Below, in pieces: positions 25,859 to 36,871 of a stretch of DNA of 37,129 bases. Under the pieces are notes generated by a model that made no database searches, was not told where the DNA came from, and saw nothing but the letters and a program-made list of their open reading frames with translations. The DNA is from a virus. Lineage: Duplodnaviria > Heunggongvirae > Uroviricota > Caudoviricetes. The position numbers and the translations under genes were made by a program. The first letter of the stretch is position 1, and each line of letters opens with the position of its first letter. The DNA is taken from IMG/VR virus record IMGVR_UViG_2872174743_000010, positions 1-37,129 of that record. One strand, written 5' to 3'.

Positions 25859-26390
25859 ATGCAGCCCTCACAATATAGTTAAAAGCGACATTTCGTGGGC
25901 GTGTTTCATTCGCACCTGCAGGTTTAGTCGTTGCCGCAACAACACCACCCTCTGTAATAGCCGGGTTGGGAATTGGGTAATTATCGAAGTCAATGGCCGG
26001 AGACAGGGGCGTGATTTGTTTTAAAATCGTGGTGCCTGTAAAACTTTCCAGAGTCTGGTCGTTAGTTCGTGAAGTCCAGATTCCCCAATAGTGGTTATGA
26101 CTGACAATCGCACCGTCCTGAAGCGTTAATAATCCCCTTCCGTTATCCACTCCACGTCCGTCATCCCAGCCACGAATAAACTCACCGCGTAAATCAGGCA
26201 ATTTATTTGTCGGGTAAGCCTTTGCCAGTTCCGGGTATTCTTCAGCAGAAAAAGCCGCACCATTGCATTTCAGCCAGCCTGTCGGCGGAGTGGCTGAAGG
26301 CCACGGAACAGGCACACCAACAGGTAATGCAGAGCCTTCTCCCAAACCAACGTTTAAGAAAATGCAGAGATAATGGCTAACTGGCATCAT
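25859..26390 (-). pseudogene. Orphan tail-fibre variable C-terminal segment (tail-collar-type), cut at its 3' end by IS1
   Basis: ...GWLKCNGAAFSAEEYPELAKAYPTNKLPDLRGEFIRGWDDGRGVD..., a phage tail-collar/fibre-tip motif; frame enters the IS1 right end; 5' end abuts the invertase crossover site. Confidence 0.6.
26337..26362. promoter_or_regulatory. Candidate Pin/Gin-type recombination crossover site
   Basis: TTCTCCCAAACCAACGTTTAAGAAAA shows the TTC...AAACC-NN-GGTTT...GAA dyad pattern of hix/gix/pix sites; lies inside the fibre segment about 55 bp upstream of pin; no second copy found. Confidence 0.45.
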
Positions 26391-26417
26391 CCCCGGTTTT
26401 TATTCAGGGGATTGATC

Positions 26418-26984
26418 ATGCTTATTGGCTATGTACGCGTGTCAACAAATGACCAGAACACCGATTTGCAACGTAATGCACTGAACTGCGCGGGATGTGA
26501 GCGGATTTTTGAGGATAAAATCAGTGGCACTAAGCCCGACAGACCGGGGCTTAAAAAACTGCTCAGGACACTATCGGCAGGAGACACGCTGGTTGTCTGG
26601 AAGCTGGACAGACTGGGACGCAGTATGCGGCATCTTGTTACGCTGATAGAAGAGTTGCGCCAGCGTGGTGTGAATTTCCGAAGCCTGACTGACAGTATTG
26701 ATACCAGTACCCCAATGGGCCGTTTCTTTTTTCACGTCATGGGGGCTCTGGCTGAAATGGAACGTGAACTGATAGTTGAACGTACCAGAGCAGGGCTGGC
26801 TGCAGCTCGTGCCAAAGGCAGAGTAGGTGGACTCCGTCCTAAGTTGACCACCGAACAGTGGGCACAGATTGGACGTTTACTCGAGGCCGGAGAATCAAGA
26901 CAGCGTATTGCACTGATTTTTGATGTGGGCGTTTCTACCATTTATAGAAAATTTCCGGCGAATGAGAGCAATGAATCGCCCTGA
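26418..26984 (+). CDS. pin: Serine DNA invertase (Pin/Gin/Hin/Cin family)
   Basis: MLIGYVRVSTNDQNTDLQRNAL...GDTLVVWKLDRLGRSMRHL...GALAEMERELIVERT..., near-identical in pattern to e14 Pin as remembered; C-terminal HTH. Confidence 0.9.
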   Translation: MLIGYVRVSTNDQNTDLQRNALNCAGCERIFEDKISGTKPDRPGLKKLLRTLSAGDTLVVWKLDRLGRSMRHLVTLIEELRQRGVNFRSLTDSIDTSTPMGRFFFHVMGALAEMERELIVERTRAGLAAARAKGRVGGLRPKLTTEQWAQIGRLLEAGESRQRIALIFDVGVSTIYRKFPANESNESP

Positions 26985-27032
26985 GTCAGTATTATTTTGA
27001 TTTTTCCTGTAAGCGGACAAATACCGTCATTT

Positions 27033-27050
27033 TGTGTGAATAACGACACA
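27033..27050. promoter_or_regulatory. TGT-N12-ACA element upstream of FI (Ogr/B-type late promoter activator site)
   Basis: TGTGTGAATAACGACACA about 80-95 bp upstream of the FI start codon. Confidence 0.4.
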
Positions 27051-27126
27051 ACTGCGCTTAGCTGTTTGTCAGGCACAATCACTTCAACATAGGGCGAAGC
27101 CTAATCCAATCAGGAGGTTCGCCACT

Positions 27127-28299
27127 ATGGCTCAGGATTACCACCACGGGGTGCGCGTTGTTGAAGTCAACGAAGGCACCCGATCCATTACCACGGTGAG
27201 CACCGCCATCGTGGGTATGGTCTGCACGGGCGATGATGCCGATGCAAAAATGTTTCCTCTTAATAAACCTGTGCTGATCACTGATGTGCTGACCGCCAGC
27301 GGTAAAGCGGGTGAGTCTGGCACGCTGGCCCGTTCGCTGGATGCCATCGCTGACCAGGCAAAACCCGTGACCGTTGTTGTGCGTGTGCCGCAGGGTGAAA
27401 CGGAAGAAGAAACCACAACCAATATCATTGGCGCAGTGACCGCCGAGGGTAAAAAAACAGGTATGAAAGCCCTGTTATCTGCCCAGTCACAGCTCGGCGT
27501 TAAACCGCGCATTCTCGGCGTGCCAGGTCACGACACGAAGGCGGTAGCTACTGAGTTGCTGAGCGTGGCGCAAAGCCTGCGTGGATTTGCTTACCTGTCA
27601 GCGTATGGTTGCAAGACGGTGCAGGAAGCAATCACTTACCGTGAAAACTTCAGTCAGCGTGAAGGAATGCTGATCTGGCCCGACTTTACTGGCTGGGACA
27701 CGGTGCTGAATGCCGAAGCAACGGCTTATGCCACCGCCCGTGCGCTCGGTCTGCGCGCTAAAATTGATGAGCAGACCGGATGGCACAAAAGCCTGTCCAA
27801 CGTGGGCGTGAACGGTGTCACCGGAATTTCTGCTGATGTGTTCTGGGATCTGCAGAACCCGGCAACCGATGCAGGTCTGCTTAACCAGAACGATATCACC
27901 ACGCTTATCCGCAAAGACGGTTTCCGCTTCTGGGGTTCCCGCTGTCTGAGCGATGATCCGCTCTTTGCCTTCGAAAACTACACCCGCACGGCGCAGGTGC
28001 TGATGGACACGATGGCAGAAGCGCACATGTGGGCGGTGGACAAACCGCTGAACCCGTCGCTGGCCCGCGACATTATCGAAGGTATCCGCGCCAAAATGCG
28101 TAGCCTGGTCAGTCAGGGCTATCTCATTGGTGGTGATTGCTGGCTGGACGAGTCGGTGAACGATAAAGACACGCTGAAAGCCGGGAAACTCACCATCGAT
28201 TACGACTACACGCCAGTGCCGCCACTTGAAAACCTGATGCTGCGTCAGCGCATCACCGATCAGTACCTGGTGAATTTCTCCAGCCAGGTCAGCGCGTAA
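27127..28299 (+). CDS. FI: Tail sheath protein (P2 gpFI-like)
   Basis: 390 aa, [32 protein letters not shown]...; GGAGG RBS. Confidence 0.9.
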   Translation: MAQDYHHGVRVVEVNEGTRSITTVSTAIVGMVCTGDDADAKMFPLNKPVLITDVLTASGKAGESGTLARSLDAIADQAKPVTVVVRVPQGETEEETTTNIIGAVTAEGKKTGMKALLSAQSQLGVKPRILGVPGHDTKAVATELLSVAQSLRGFAYLSAYGCKTVQEAITYRENFSQREGMLIWPDFTGWDTVLNAEATAYATARALGLRAKIDEQTGWHKSLSNVGVNGVTGISADVFWDLQNPATDAGLLNQNDITTLIRKDGFRFWGSRCLSDDPLFAFENYTRTAQVLMDTMAEAHMWAVDKPLNPSLARDIIEGIRAKMRSLVSQGYLIGGDCWLDESVNDKDTLKAGKLTIDYDYTPVPPLENLMLRQRITDQYLVNFSSQVSA

Positions 28300-28308
28300 G
28301 GGGACAAC

Positions 28309-28824
28309 ATGGCTTTACCACGCAAATTAAAACACCTGAACCTGTTTAACGACGGGAACAACTGGCAGGGGATCGTTGAGTCGCTGACGCTGCCGAAATT
28401 CACCCGCAAATATGAGAAGTATCGCGGCGGCGGTATGCCCGGAGCGGTGGATGTGGATCTGGGACTGGATGACAGTGCACTGGATACAGAATTTTCCATT
28501 GGTGGTACTGAACTGCTGCTGTTTAAGCAGATGGGCAAAGCCACGGTGGATGGCATCCAGCTGCGCTTTACCGGCTCTATTCAGCGTGATGATACCGGGG
28601 AAGTGCAGGCCGTGGAGCTTGTGGTGCGTGGACGTCACAAAGAAGTAGATTCCGGCGAGTGGAAGACGGGCGAAAGCAACACTACCAAAGTGACCAGTAC
28701 CAACAGCTACGCGAAGCTGACCATCAATGGTGAGGTGCTCTATGAAGTGGACCTGATCAACATGGTGGAAATTGTGGACGGTGTGGACCTGATGGAAGCG
28801 CACCGCAACGCCCTCGGCCTCTGA
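28309..28824 (+). CDS. FII: Tail tube protein (P2 gpFII-like)
   Basis: 171 aa, MALPRKLKHLNLFNDGNNWQGIVESLTLPKFT... Confidence 0.9.
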   Translation: MALPRKLKHLNLFNDGNNWQGIVESLTLPKFTRKYEKYRGGGMPGAVDVDLGLDDSALDTEFSIGGTELLLFKQMGKATVDGIQLRFTGSIQRDDTGEVQAVELVVRGRHKEVDSGEWKTGESNTTKVTSTNSYAKLTINGEVLYEVDLINMVEIVDGVDLMEAHRNALGL

Positions 28825-28878
28825 TGTATCTGAACGGCGCGGAATGCCGCGCCAGAACCTAATTTACAGGACAACAAA

Positions 28879-29181
28879 ATGAGCGATAAGCAGACTGAAA
28901 AGACCATTCAACTGGATACTCCCATCATGCGCGGTAAAACAGAAATTACCGAAATTGTGTTGCGTAAACCGCAGTCCGGTGCGCTGCGCGGCACACGCCT
29001 GCAGGCCATTATGGATATGGATGTGAACGCGATGATGACCGTGATCCCCCGCATCTCCAGTCCGGCACTGACTGCACAGGAAATTGCAGAGATGGACCCG
29101 GCAGATCTCACTGCCATGTCGGTTGAGGTTGTCACTTTTTTGTTGAAGAAGTCGGTGCTTGCCGGTTTACCGACAGCCTGA
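28879..29181 (+). CDS. E: Tail assembly chaperone gpE
   Basis: 100 aa, MSDKQTEKTIQLDTPIMRGKTEITEIVLRKPQSGALRGTRLQ... Confidence 0.8.
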   Translation: MSDKQTEKTIQLDTPIMRGKTEITEIVLRKPQSGALRGTRLQAIMDMDVNAMMTVIPRISSPALTAQEIAEMDPADLTAMSVEVVTFLLKKSVLAGLPTA

Positions 29182-29315
29182 CGGTTGACGATCTGGTGGC
29201 TGATATCGCCACCATCTTTCACTGGCCGCCATCCGTTACTGACGTTATGCCGCTGACCGAAGTGCTGGAATGGCGGGATAAAGCGATTCAGAGAAGCGGG
29301 GCCAGCCATGAGTGA
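28879..29315 (+). CDS. gpE+E' fusion via programmed -1 frameshift at T TTT TTG (about 29136-29142)
   Basis: Slippery heptamer TTTTTTG near the end of E; the -1 frame then reads VEEVGACRFTDSLTVDDLVADIATIFHWPPSVTDVMPLTEVLEWRDKAIQRSGASHE and stops overlapping the T start, as in P2 E/E'. Confidence 0.6.
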
Positions 29316-32300
29316 CAATAACCTGCGTCTGCAGGTGATTCTTAATGCGGTTGACAAACTCACCCGCCCATTTCGATCCGCGCAGGCCAGTTCAAGAGAA
29401 CTGGCTGCTGCTGTCAAAAAATCCCGCGATGCAATAAAGCAGCTTGATCAGGCCGGGAGCAGTCTGGACAGCTTCCGAAAGCTGCAGGCAGAAAATCAGA
29501 AATTAGGCGACAGGCTGAACTATGCCCGCCAGCGTGCAAATTTGCTCAGTCAGGAACTGGGAGCGATGGGGCCGCCTTCGCAACGTCAGGTTGTTGCTCT
29601 GGGCCGTCAACGGCTGGCTGTTCAGCGCCTGGAAGAACGCCAGAAAAAGCTGCAGCAGCAGACGGCGCTTGTGCGTGCAGAACTTTATCGTGCTGGTATT
29701 TCAGCTAATGATGGCGCCAGTGCGACGGCCCGCATTACCCGTGAAACGATGCGTTATAACAGGCAGCTTTCTGAGCAGGAAGCGAGGTTACGACGTGTCG
29801 GGGAGCAACAGCGAAAAATGCACGCCGCCCGGGGGGCTTACGCCAGGCGTCTTGAGGTAAGGGATCGTATTGCAGGTGCCGGAGCCACCACCACGGCTGC
29901 AGGGCTGGCAATGGGCGCACCAGTGATGGCGGCAGTAAAAAGCTATACCAGCATGGAAGATGCCATGAAAGGTGTGGCAAAGCAGGTCAATGGTCTGCGT
30001 GACGATAATGGCAACCGCACTGCGCGTTTTTACGAAATGCAGGGTGCCATCAAGGCTGCCAGCGAACAGTTGCCGATGGAAAACGGTGCTGTGGACTTCG
30101 CCGCACTGGTTGAAGGTGGTGCGCGCATGAACGTCGCAAACCCTGACGACAGCTGGGAAGACCAGAAACGTGACCTGCTGGCCTTCGCCAGCACGGCGGC
30201 AAAGGCGGCAACAGCCTTTGAACTGCCAGCGGATGAACTGTCAGAAAGTCTGGGGAAAATCGCCCAGCTCTACAAAATCCCTACCCGCAATATTGAGCAG
30301 CTCGGTGATGCGCTGAACTATCTGGATGATAACGCCATGTCGAAAGGGGCGGACATCATTGATGTCATGCAACGCCTGGGCGGTGTGGCTGACCGTCTGG
30401 ATTATCGTAAAGCGGCGGCGCTGGGTTCCACCTTCCTGACACTCGGCGCTGCGCCTGAGGTTGCAGCCAGTGCAGCAAACGCGATGGTGCGTGAATTGTC
30501 CATTGCCACCATGCAAAGCAAGAGTTTCTTTGAAGGGATGAATCTGCTGAAACTCAATCCAGAAGTGATTGAAAAGCAGATGACGAAGGATGCGATGGGA
30601 ACTATCCAGCGGGTGCTGGAGAAGGTGAATGCGCTGCCACAGGATAAGCGCCTGTCTGCCATGACCATGTTGTTTGGTAAAGAGTTTGGCGATGACGCAG
30701 CGAAACTGGCAAACAACCTGCCGGAACTTCAGCGCCAGTTAAAACTGACTGCGGGCAATGATGCGCTCGGTTCCATGCAGAAAGAATCCGACATCAACAA
30801 GGATTCACTTTCTGCTCAGTGGTTGCTGGTCAAAACCGGAGCACAGAACACCTTCAGCAGCCTGGGGGAAACGCTGCGCCAGCCGCTGATGGATATTCTG
30901 TACACGGTGAAAAGCGTCACGGGGGCGTTGCGTCGCTGGGTGGAAGCTAACCCGGAACTGACGGGCACTCTGATGAAAGTAGCCGCTGTGGTAGCTGCCG
31001 TTACCGTGGGCCTCGGCACCTTAGAGGTGGCGCTGGCTGCAGTGCTGGGGCCGCTGGCAGTCATCCGTCTGGGATTCTCTGTGCTGGGTATCAAAACGTT
31101 ACCTTCCGTTACGGCAGCAGTAACCCGAACCAGCAACGCGTTGTCCTGGCTGGCTGGCGCACCACTGGCACTGCTGCGACGCGGGCTTGCTTCATCGGGC
31201 AACGCTGCAGGTTTACTTACTGCGCCGTTGTCGTCTTTGCGCCGCACGGCATCACTGACGGGAAATGTCCTGAAAACTGTAGCAGGTGCGCCGGTTGCAC
31301 TTTTGCGGGTCTGGATTATCCGGTTTACGTGCGGTTGCTGTGATGTTTATGAATCCACTGGCGGTACTACGCGGCGGACTGGCTGCCACAGGCACGGTGC
31401 TGCGTATGCTCGCATCCGGTCCACTGGCGATGCTGCGCGTTGCCCTGTATGCCGTCTCTGGTCTGTTAGGTGCTCTGCTCAGTCTGATAGGTCTTGTGGT
31501 TACTGCACTGGCGGGTGTGGCGCTGGTTGTCTGGAAATACTGGCAGCCCATCACCACATTTCTCGGTGGCGTGGTGGAAGGATTCAAAGCGGCGGCAGGT
31601 CCTGTCAGTGCCGCGTTCGAACCGCTTAAGCCTGTGTTCCAGTGGATTGGCGACAAAGTACAGGCGCTGTGGGGCTGGTTTACTGATCTGCTGACGCCCG
31701 TTAAGTCGACCTCTGCCGAACTGCAGAGTGCAGCGGCAATGGGGCGACGATTCGGGGAGGCTCTGGCGGAAGGGCTGAATATGGTCATGCATCCGCTGGA
31801 CTCCCTGAAATCCGGCGTTTCCTGGTTGCTGGAGAAACTTGGCATTGTCAGTAAAGAGGCCGCAAAGGCGAAACTGCCGGAAAGCGTGACGCGTCAGCAA
31901 CCTGCGACGGTGAATGCAGACGGTAAAGTGATGATGCCATCGGGTGGTTTTCCGTCATGGGGATATGGCTTTGCGGGGATGTATGACAGCGGCGGGTATA
32001 TCCCGCGCGGGCAGTTTGGCATCGTCGGTGAAAACGGGCCGGAAATTGTTAACGGCCCGGCAAATGTGACCAGCCGGAGAAATACAGCTGCACTGGCTGC
32101 CGTTGTTGCCGGAATGATGGGTGTTGCTGCTACGCCAGCAGAGCTTCCACCGTTGCACCCTTTGGCACTTCCCGCGAAAGGCGGTGAAGCGATGGTGAGT
32201 CGTGCAGCCACTGTGCCGCCCGTTCAACGGATTGAGGCACCGATGCAGATCATCATTCAAACGCAGCCAGGACAAAGTGCGCAGGATATTGCGCGGAAGG

Positions 32301-32386
32301 TGGCCCGCCAGCTTGATGAACGTGAACGCAGGCTGAAGGCAAAAGCCAGGAGTAACTACAGCGATCAGGGGGGATACGACGCATGA
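29308..32386 (+). pseudogene. T: Tail tape measure protein (P2 gpT-like), frameshifted near 31309
   Basis: Frame 1 (29308 onward) and frame 2 (ORF 31286..32386) together give one collinear tape-measure protein with repeated ...PLA.LR.G... motifs; the frames switch at a G-run (TTGCGGGTCTGG) around 31306-31312. Confidence 0.7.
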
Positions 32387-32868
32387 TGATGGTGCTGGGA
32401 TTGTACGTGTTTATGCTGCGCACCGTGCCGTATCAGGAGCTGCAGTATCAACGCAGCTGGCGACATGCGGCAAACAGCCGGGTAAACCGACGCCCGTCAA
32501 CGCAGTTTCTGGGACCGGACAACGACATGCTGACGCTTTCTGGTGTTCTTATGCCGGAGGTAACGGGCGGCAGGCTGTCGTTGCTGGCTCTGGAGCAGAT
32601 GGCAGAACAGGGAAAAGCATGGCCCCTGATTGAAGGCAGCGGCACGATTTACGGCATGTATGTGATTGAGGGACTGAATCAGACTAAAACGGAGTTTTTC
32701 CGCGACGGTATGCCGCGCCGGATTGAGTTCACCCTGTCGCTAAAACGCGTGGATGAATCCCTGTCCGATATGTTCGGTGATCTCAGTGCGCAACTGAATA
32801 ATCTGCAGGGAACGGCAACATCTGCCTTAAGCGATATCAGTAAAACGGTGGGAGGGCTGCTGTCGTGA
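32383..32868 (+). CDS. U: Tail protein U (P2 gpU-like)
   Basis: 161 aa; start overlaps the T stop; synteny T-U-D. Confidence 0.8.
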   Translation: MMMVLGLYVFMLRTVPYQELQYQRSWRHAANSRVNRRPSTQFLGPDNDMLTLSGVLMPEVTGGRLSLLALEQMAEQGKAWPLIEGSGTIYGMYVIEGLNQTKTEFFRDGMPRRIEFTLSLKRVDESLSDMFGDLSAQLNNLQGTATSALSDISKTVGGLLS

Positions 32869-33965
32869 ATTTCAGCTCTGAACTGCTTAACAAAGGCAAC
32901 AAAACTCCGGCATTCAGCATCAGTATTGAAGGCAGGGATATCACCACTGTGCTGGACAACCGCCTGATGGGGCTGACGCTGACGGATAACCGGGGCTTTG
33001 AGGCGGACCAGCTTGATCTGGAGCTGGACGACGCCGATGGAAAAATCGTGCTGCCGCGCCGTGGGGCTGTCATTACGCTGGCGCTGGGCTGGAAGGGACA
33101 GCCGCTTTTCCCGAAAGGGGCATTCACGGTGGACGAGATTGAACACACTGGCGCACCGGATCGCCTGACTATCCGGGCGCGAAGTGCTGATTTTCGTGAA
33201 ACGCTGAATACCCGCCGTGAAAAGTCGTGGCACAAGACCACCGTTGGGGAAGTGGTGAAGGAAATAGCTGCGCGGCACAAACTGAAGATGGCATTGGGTG
33301 AAGACTTGTCGGATAAACTCGTGGAGCATATAGACCAGACTAATGAGAGTGACGGCAGTTTTTTGATGCGGCTGGCGCGCCAGTACGGTGCTATTGCGTC
33401 GGTGAAAAATGGCAATCTGTTATTCATCCGGCAGGGGCAGGGTAAAAGCGCCAGCGGTAAACCACTACCGGTGATCACTATCACACGCAAGGACGGCGAC
33501 AGTCACCGCTTTACCCTGGCAGATCGCGGAGCTTACACGGGCGTCATTGCCAGCTGGTTGCATACCCGCGAACCCGCGAAGAAAGAAAGCACCACTGTGA
33601 AGCGTAAGCGCAGGACTAAGAAGCAGAAGAAAGAGCCGGAAGCGAAGCAGGGCGATTACCTGGTGGGTACGGATGAAAACGTGCTGGTACTTAATCGCAC
33701 TTATGCCAACCGGAGCAACGCCGAACGGGCAGCGAAAATGCAGTGGGAACGCCTGCAACGCGGCGTTGCATCATTCTCGCTACAACTGGCGGAAGGGCGG
33801 GCAGATCTCTACACAGAAATGCCTGTGAAGGTCAGTGGCTTTAAACAGCCGATAGATGATGCGGAATGGACCATTACGACTCTGACGCATACTGTCAGCC
33901 CGGATAACGGTTTTACGACCAGTCTGGAGCTTGAAGTGAGGATTGATGATTTCGAAATGGAATGA
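32865..33965 (+). CDS. D: Tail/late-control protein D (P2 gpD-like)
   Basis: 366 aa, ...DITTVLDNRLMGLTLTDNRGFEADQLDLELDDADGKIVLPRRGAVITLALGWKG... Confidence 0.85.
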   Translation: MNFSSELLNKGNKTPAFSISIEGRDITTVLDNRLMGLTLTDNRGFEADQLDLELDDADGKIVLPRRGAVITLALGWKGQPLFPKGAFTVDEIEHTGAPDRLTIRARSADFRETLNTRREKSWHKTTVGEVVKEIAARHKLKMALGEDLSDKLVEHIDQTNESDGSFLMRLARQYGAIASVKNGNLLFIRQGQGKSASGKPLPVITITRKDGDSHRFTLADRGAYTGVIASWLHTREPAKKESTTVKRKRRTKKQKKEPEAKQGDYLVGTDENVLVLNRTYANRSNAERAAKMQWERLQRGVASFSLQLAEGRADLYTEMPVKVSGFKQPIDDAEWTITTLTHTVSPDNGFTTSLELEVRIDDFEME

Positions 33966-34055
33966 TTCTTCGCAATGGAGAACTTTTAAGTTTGCAAAAT
34001 GGAATAATGCGGTATCATTATTGTGAATTTAGCAAAAATGGGGAGAACTCGAAAA

Positions 34056-34274
34056 ATGATGATTTGCCCACTGTGTGGAAGTGCCGCCCATACTCGCAGC
34101 AGTTTTCAGGTATCTTCATTGACCAAAGAGCGTTACAACCAGTGCCAGAACATTAACTGCAGCCATACTTTTGTTACCCATGAAACTTTTGTTCGTTCGA
34201 TTGCAACGCCAAAAGAGTCAAATCCGGTTCAGCCGCATCCAATGAAATCAGGACAGGTGGCGCTCTCTCTTTGA
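34056..34274 (+). CDS. ogr: Ogr-family zinc-finger late transcription activator
   Basis: MMICPLCGSAAHTRSSFQVSSLTKERYNQCQNINCSHTFVTHE..., the C-x2-C...C-x4-C pattern of P2 Ogr; GGGGAGAA RBS; the first of two adjacent ATGs is chosen. Confidence 0.8.
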   Translation: MMICPLCGSAAHTRSSFQVSSLTKERYNQCQNINCSHTFVTHETFVRSIATPKESNPVQPHPMKSGQVALSL

Positions 34275-34350
34275 CGCTGCCGCCATTTTGTCGCCATCGT
34301 TAAAAAACAGTGCTTCTAACATCATGATTTTAAAAGGCATAAATTTCAGA

Positions 34351-34397
34351 CAACAAAAAACCCATCAACCTTGAACCGAAATGGCGGGGTTGATGGG
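34351..34397 (-). terminator. Intrinsic terminator candidate on the minus strand (downstream of ybjL)
   Basis: CCCATCAACC ... GGTTGATGGG stem with a 17-nt loop; on the minus strand it is followed by TTTTTTGTTG. Confidence 0.45.
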
Positions 34398-34509
34398 CTC
34401 CACAAAATGGGGACATCAAAGAAAAGCAGTGGCACTAATTAAGACTGATGCCCTGCGGAAAAGTTCTGCGGTTGTGCAAAAAAATTTCATTTTCAGGGCA
34501 ACTTCAGTT

Positions 34510-36195
34510 TTATCCTAATCCTGGCCATACCATGACGATGATTGTCCCTGCCAGCGTCAGCAGGACGTTGGCGATTGCGTAGGTGCCCGCATAGCCCAGC
34601 GCAGGGATGTTACTGCGAGCTGTATCACTGATGATCTCCATTGCCGGCGCGCAGGTGCGTGCGCCCATCATTGCGCCGAACAACAGTGCGCGGTTCATTC
34701 GCAATACATAAGCACCGAACAAGAAACAGATAACCACGGGCACAAGACTGACAATTAATCCGGCAATCAACATCTGACCGCCAATCGCGGCCAGGCCGTT
34801 ATTAATACCGCTACCGGCGCTCAGACCAACGCCTGCCATAAACACCATCAAGCCGAACTCTTTCACCATGCTTAATGCACCTTGCGGAATGTAACCGAAG
34901 GTCGGGTGGTTAGCACGCATAAAGCCCAGCATAATTCCGGCGAATAACAACCCGGCAGCGTTCCCCATGCCGAAACTGAATGTGCTGAACTGGAAGGTGA
35001 TCATCCCGATCATCAGCCCAATAACAAAGAAGGCGCAAAATGCCAGCAGGTCAGTGACCTGGCTGTGAATCGAGATAAAGCCGATGCGATCGGCAATGGT
35101 TTTTACGCGACGGGCATCACCGCTGACTTGTAAAACGTCACCTTTGTTAAGCACGACGTTGTCATCTATCGGCATCTCAATCTGGCTACGAATGACGCGG
35201 TTAAGGAAGCAACCGTGATCGGTCAACTTCAGTTGTGCGAGACGTTTACCTACAGCGTTATGGTTTTTAACGACCACTTCTTCAGTGACGATACGCATGT
35301 CGAGAAGGTCACGATCGAAAACTTCTTTACCGTTACGGAAGCTGGGATCGAGTCGGGCATGGGCGTCGGGATAGCCTACCAACGCTATTTCATCGCCCAT
35401 TTGTAGCACGGCATCACCGTCTGGATTTGCCAGAATCCCGTTACGTCGAATACGTTCAATGTAGCAGCCGGTTTGTCGATAAATACCCAGTTCACGCAGA
35501 TTTTTGCCGTCGGTCCAGGCCACCAGCTCCGGGCCGACGCGATAGGCGCGGATCACCGGTAAATAAACCTTACGGTTGGCATCAGTGTCCAGGCCACGTT
35601 CGCGGGCGATTTGCTGGGCGCTGGTCTGTAAGTCCTGATGCTGCAATTTCGGCAAGTAACGCGCACCAACAATCAAACTCACCAGACCGATTAAATAGGT
35701 TAAGGCATACCCGAGGCTCAGATTATCCAGTGCCAGTGAGAGCTGCCTGCTTTCCATGCCGGAATGACGCAGTGTATCGCCAGCACCGACCAGAACCGGT
35801 GTCGACGTCATAGAGCCTGCTAACATACCGGCCGTCAGGCCAATATCCCAGCCAAACAGCTTACCTAACCCTAAGGCGATCACCAGCGCACTGCCAACCA
35901 TCACCAGTGCTAACATTAGGTAATTTTTCCCATCGCGAAAAAAAATGGAAAAAAAGTTCGGTCCGGCTTCGACCCCGACGCAGAAAATAAACAGCATAAA
36001 GCCAAGATTAAGCGCATCGGTGTTAATGCTGAAATGTTGTTGGCCTAATAACAGCGATACGACTAAAACGCCAATGGAATTACCCAGTTGGATCGAACCA
36101 AGTCGTAACTTTCCGAGACATAGCCCAAGCGCGAGGACCACAAATAATAACAGAATGTAATTCCCATTTAACAATTCGGCGACGTTTATATTCAC
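34510..36195 (-). CDS. ybjL: Putative transporter YbjL (AAE-family duplicated permease with TrkA_C domains)
   Basis: 561 aa, [44 protein letters not shown]..., matches E. coli YbjL as remembered. Confidence 0.9.
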   Translation of the reverse strand: MNINVAELLNGNYILLLFVVLALGLCLGKLRLGSIQLGNSIGVLVVSLLLGQQHFSINTDALNLGFMLFIFCVGVEAGPNFFSIFFRDGKNYLMLALVMVGSALVIALGLGKLFGWDIGLTAGMLAGSMTSTPVLVGAGDTLRHSGMESRQLSLALDNLSLGYALTYLIGLVSLIVGARYLPKLQHQDLQTSAQQIARERGLDTDANRKVYLPVIRAYRVGPELVAWTDGKNLRELGIYRQTGCYIERIRRNGILANPDGDAVLQMGDEIALVGYPDAHARLDPSFRNGKEVFDRDLLDMRIVTEEVVVKNHNAVGKRLAQLKLTDHGCFLNRVIRSQIEMPIDDNVVLNKGDVLQVSGDARRVKTIADRIGFISIHSQVTDLLAFCAFFVIGLMIGMITFQFSTFSFGMGNAAGLLFAGIMLGFMRANHPTFGYIPQGALSMVKEFGLMVFMAGVGLSAGSGINNGLAAIGGQMLIAGLIVSLVPVVICFLFGAYVLRMNRALLFGAMMGARTCAPAMEIISDTARSNIPALGYAGTYAIANVLLTLAGTIIVMVWPGLG

Positions 36196-36464
36196 GGAGG
36201 CTAACTTCTTGTTTACTAGTAAGCTGTTGAAAGAAATGGTAATTTACGATAATGTTTTTTACCAGAATTCAGGGCGCAGATTCATTCAGCGCACCTAAAC
36301 GATAGTAAAGTAACAATGTATTTTACTAGTGTAATCACATTAGGTATCAACGGCTATATGAATTGCGTTGGCCTATATTAGCATGGAATGCGAAGCGGCT
36401 TTATCTTACTGAACGCCACACTGGCGAAAAATGTGTTCGATAGACGCAGTGTCAGGAGGAACGA

Positions 36465-36842
36465 GTGAAACATAAACAACGTTGGGCAGGGGCAATCTGC
36501 TGTTTTGTCCTCTTCATTGTGGTGTGCCTTTTTCTGGCGACGTACATGAAAGGCGCTTTTCGGGCTGCCGGGCATCCTGAAATCGGCTTGCTGTTTTTCA
36601 TTCTTCCTGGAGCAGTTGCCAGTTTCTTTTCACAGCGTAGAGAAGTCCTGAAACCTCTATTTGGCGCAATGCTGGCGGCACCCTGTTCAATGCTCATTAT
36701 GCGGCTGTTTTTTTCACCGACGCGCTCATTCTGGCAAGAGCTGGCATGGTTACTAAGCGCGGTGTTCTGGTGTGCGCTGGGGGCACTGTGTTTCTTATTT
36801 ATCAGTAGTTTGTTTAAACCACAGCACAGAAAAAATCAGTAA
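36465..36842 (+). CDS. ybjM: Inner membrane protein YbjM
   Basis: 125 aa, strongly hydrophobic (four predicted TM helices); located between ybjL and grxA as in E. coli. Confidence 0.85.
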   Translation: MKHKQRWAGAICCFVLFIVVCLFLATYMKGAFRAAGHPEIGLLFFILPGAVASFFSQRREVLKPLFGAMLAAPCSMLIMRLFFSPTRSFWQELAWLLSAVFWCALGALCFLFISSLFKPQHRKNQ

Positions 36843-36871
36843 AGCCCTCAACGCGAGGGCTTGTCAGACGA

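Noticed and set aside
29141-29315. Possible independent small gene between E and T
   Set aside because: Better explained as the E' extension reached by the conserved -1 frameshift at TTTTTTG, as in P2.
31290-31330. Programmed ribosomal frameshift in the tape-measure gene
   Set aside because: No slippery heptamer at the shift point; the known programmed site in this gene block is E/E'. An indel or sequencing error is more parsimonious.
31252-31845. 197-aa minus-strand ORF inside the tape-measure gene
   Set aside because: Antisense shadow ORF within a repeat-rich coding region.
32679-33490. Two overlapping minus-strand ORFs of about 216 aa inside gpD
   Set aside because: Antisense to the conserved D gene; no ribosome-binding site or motifs.
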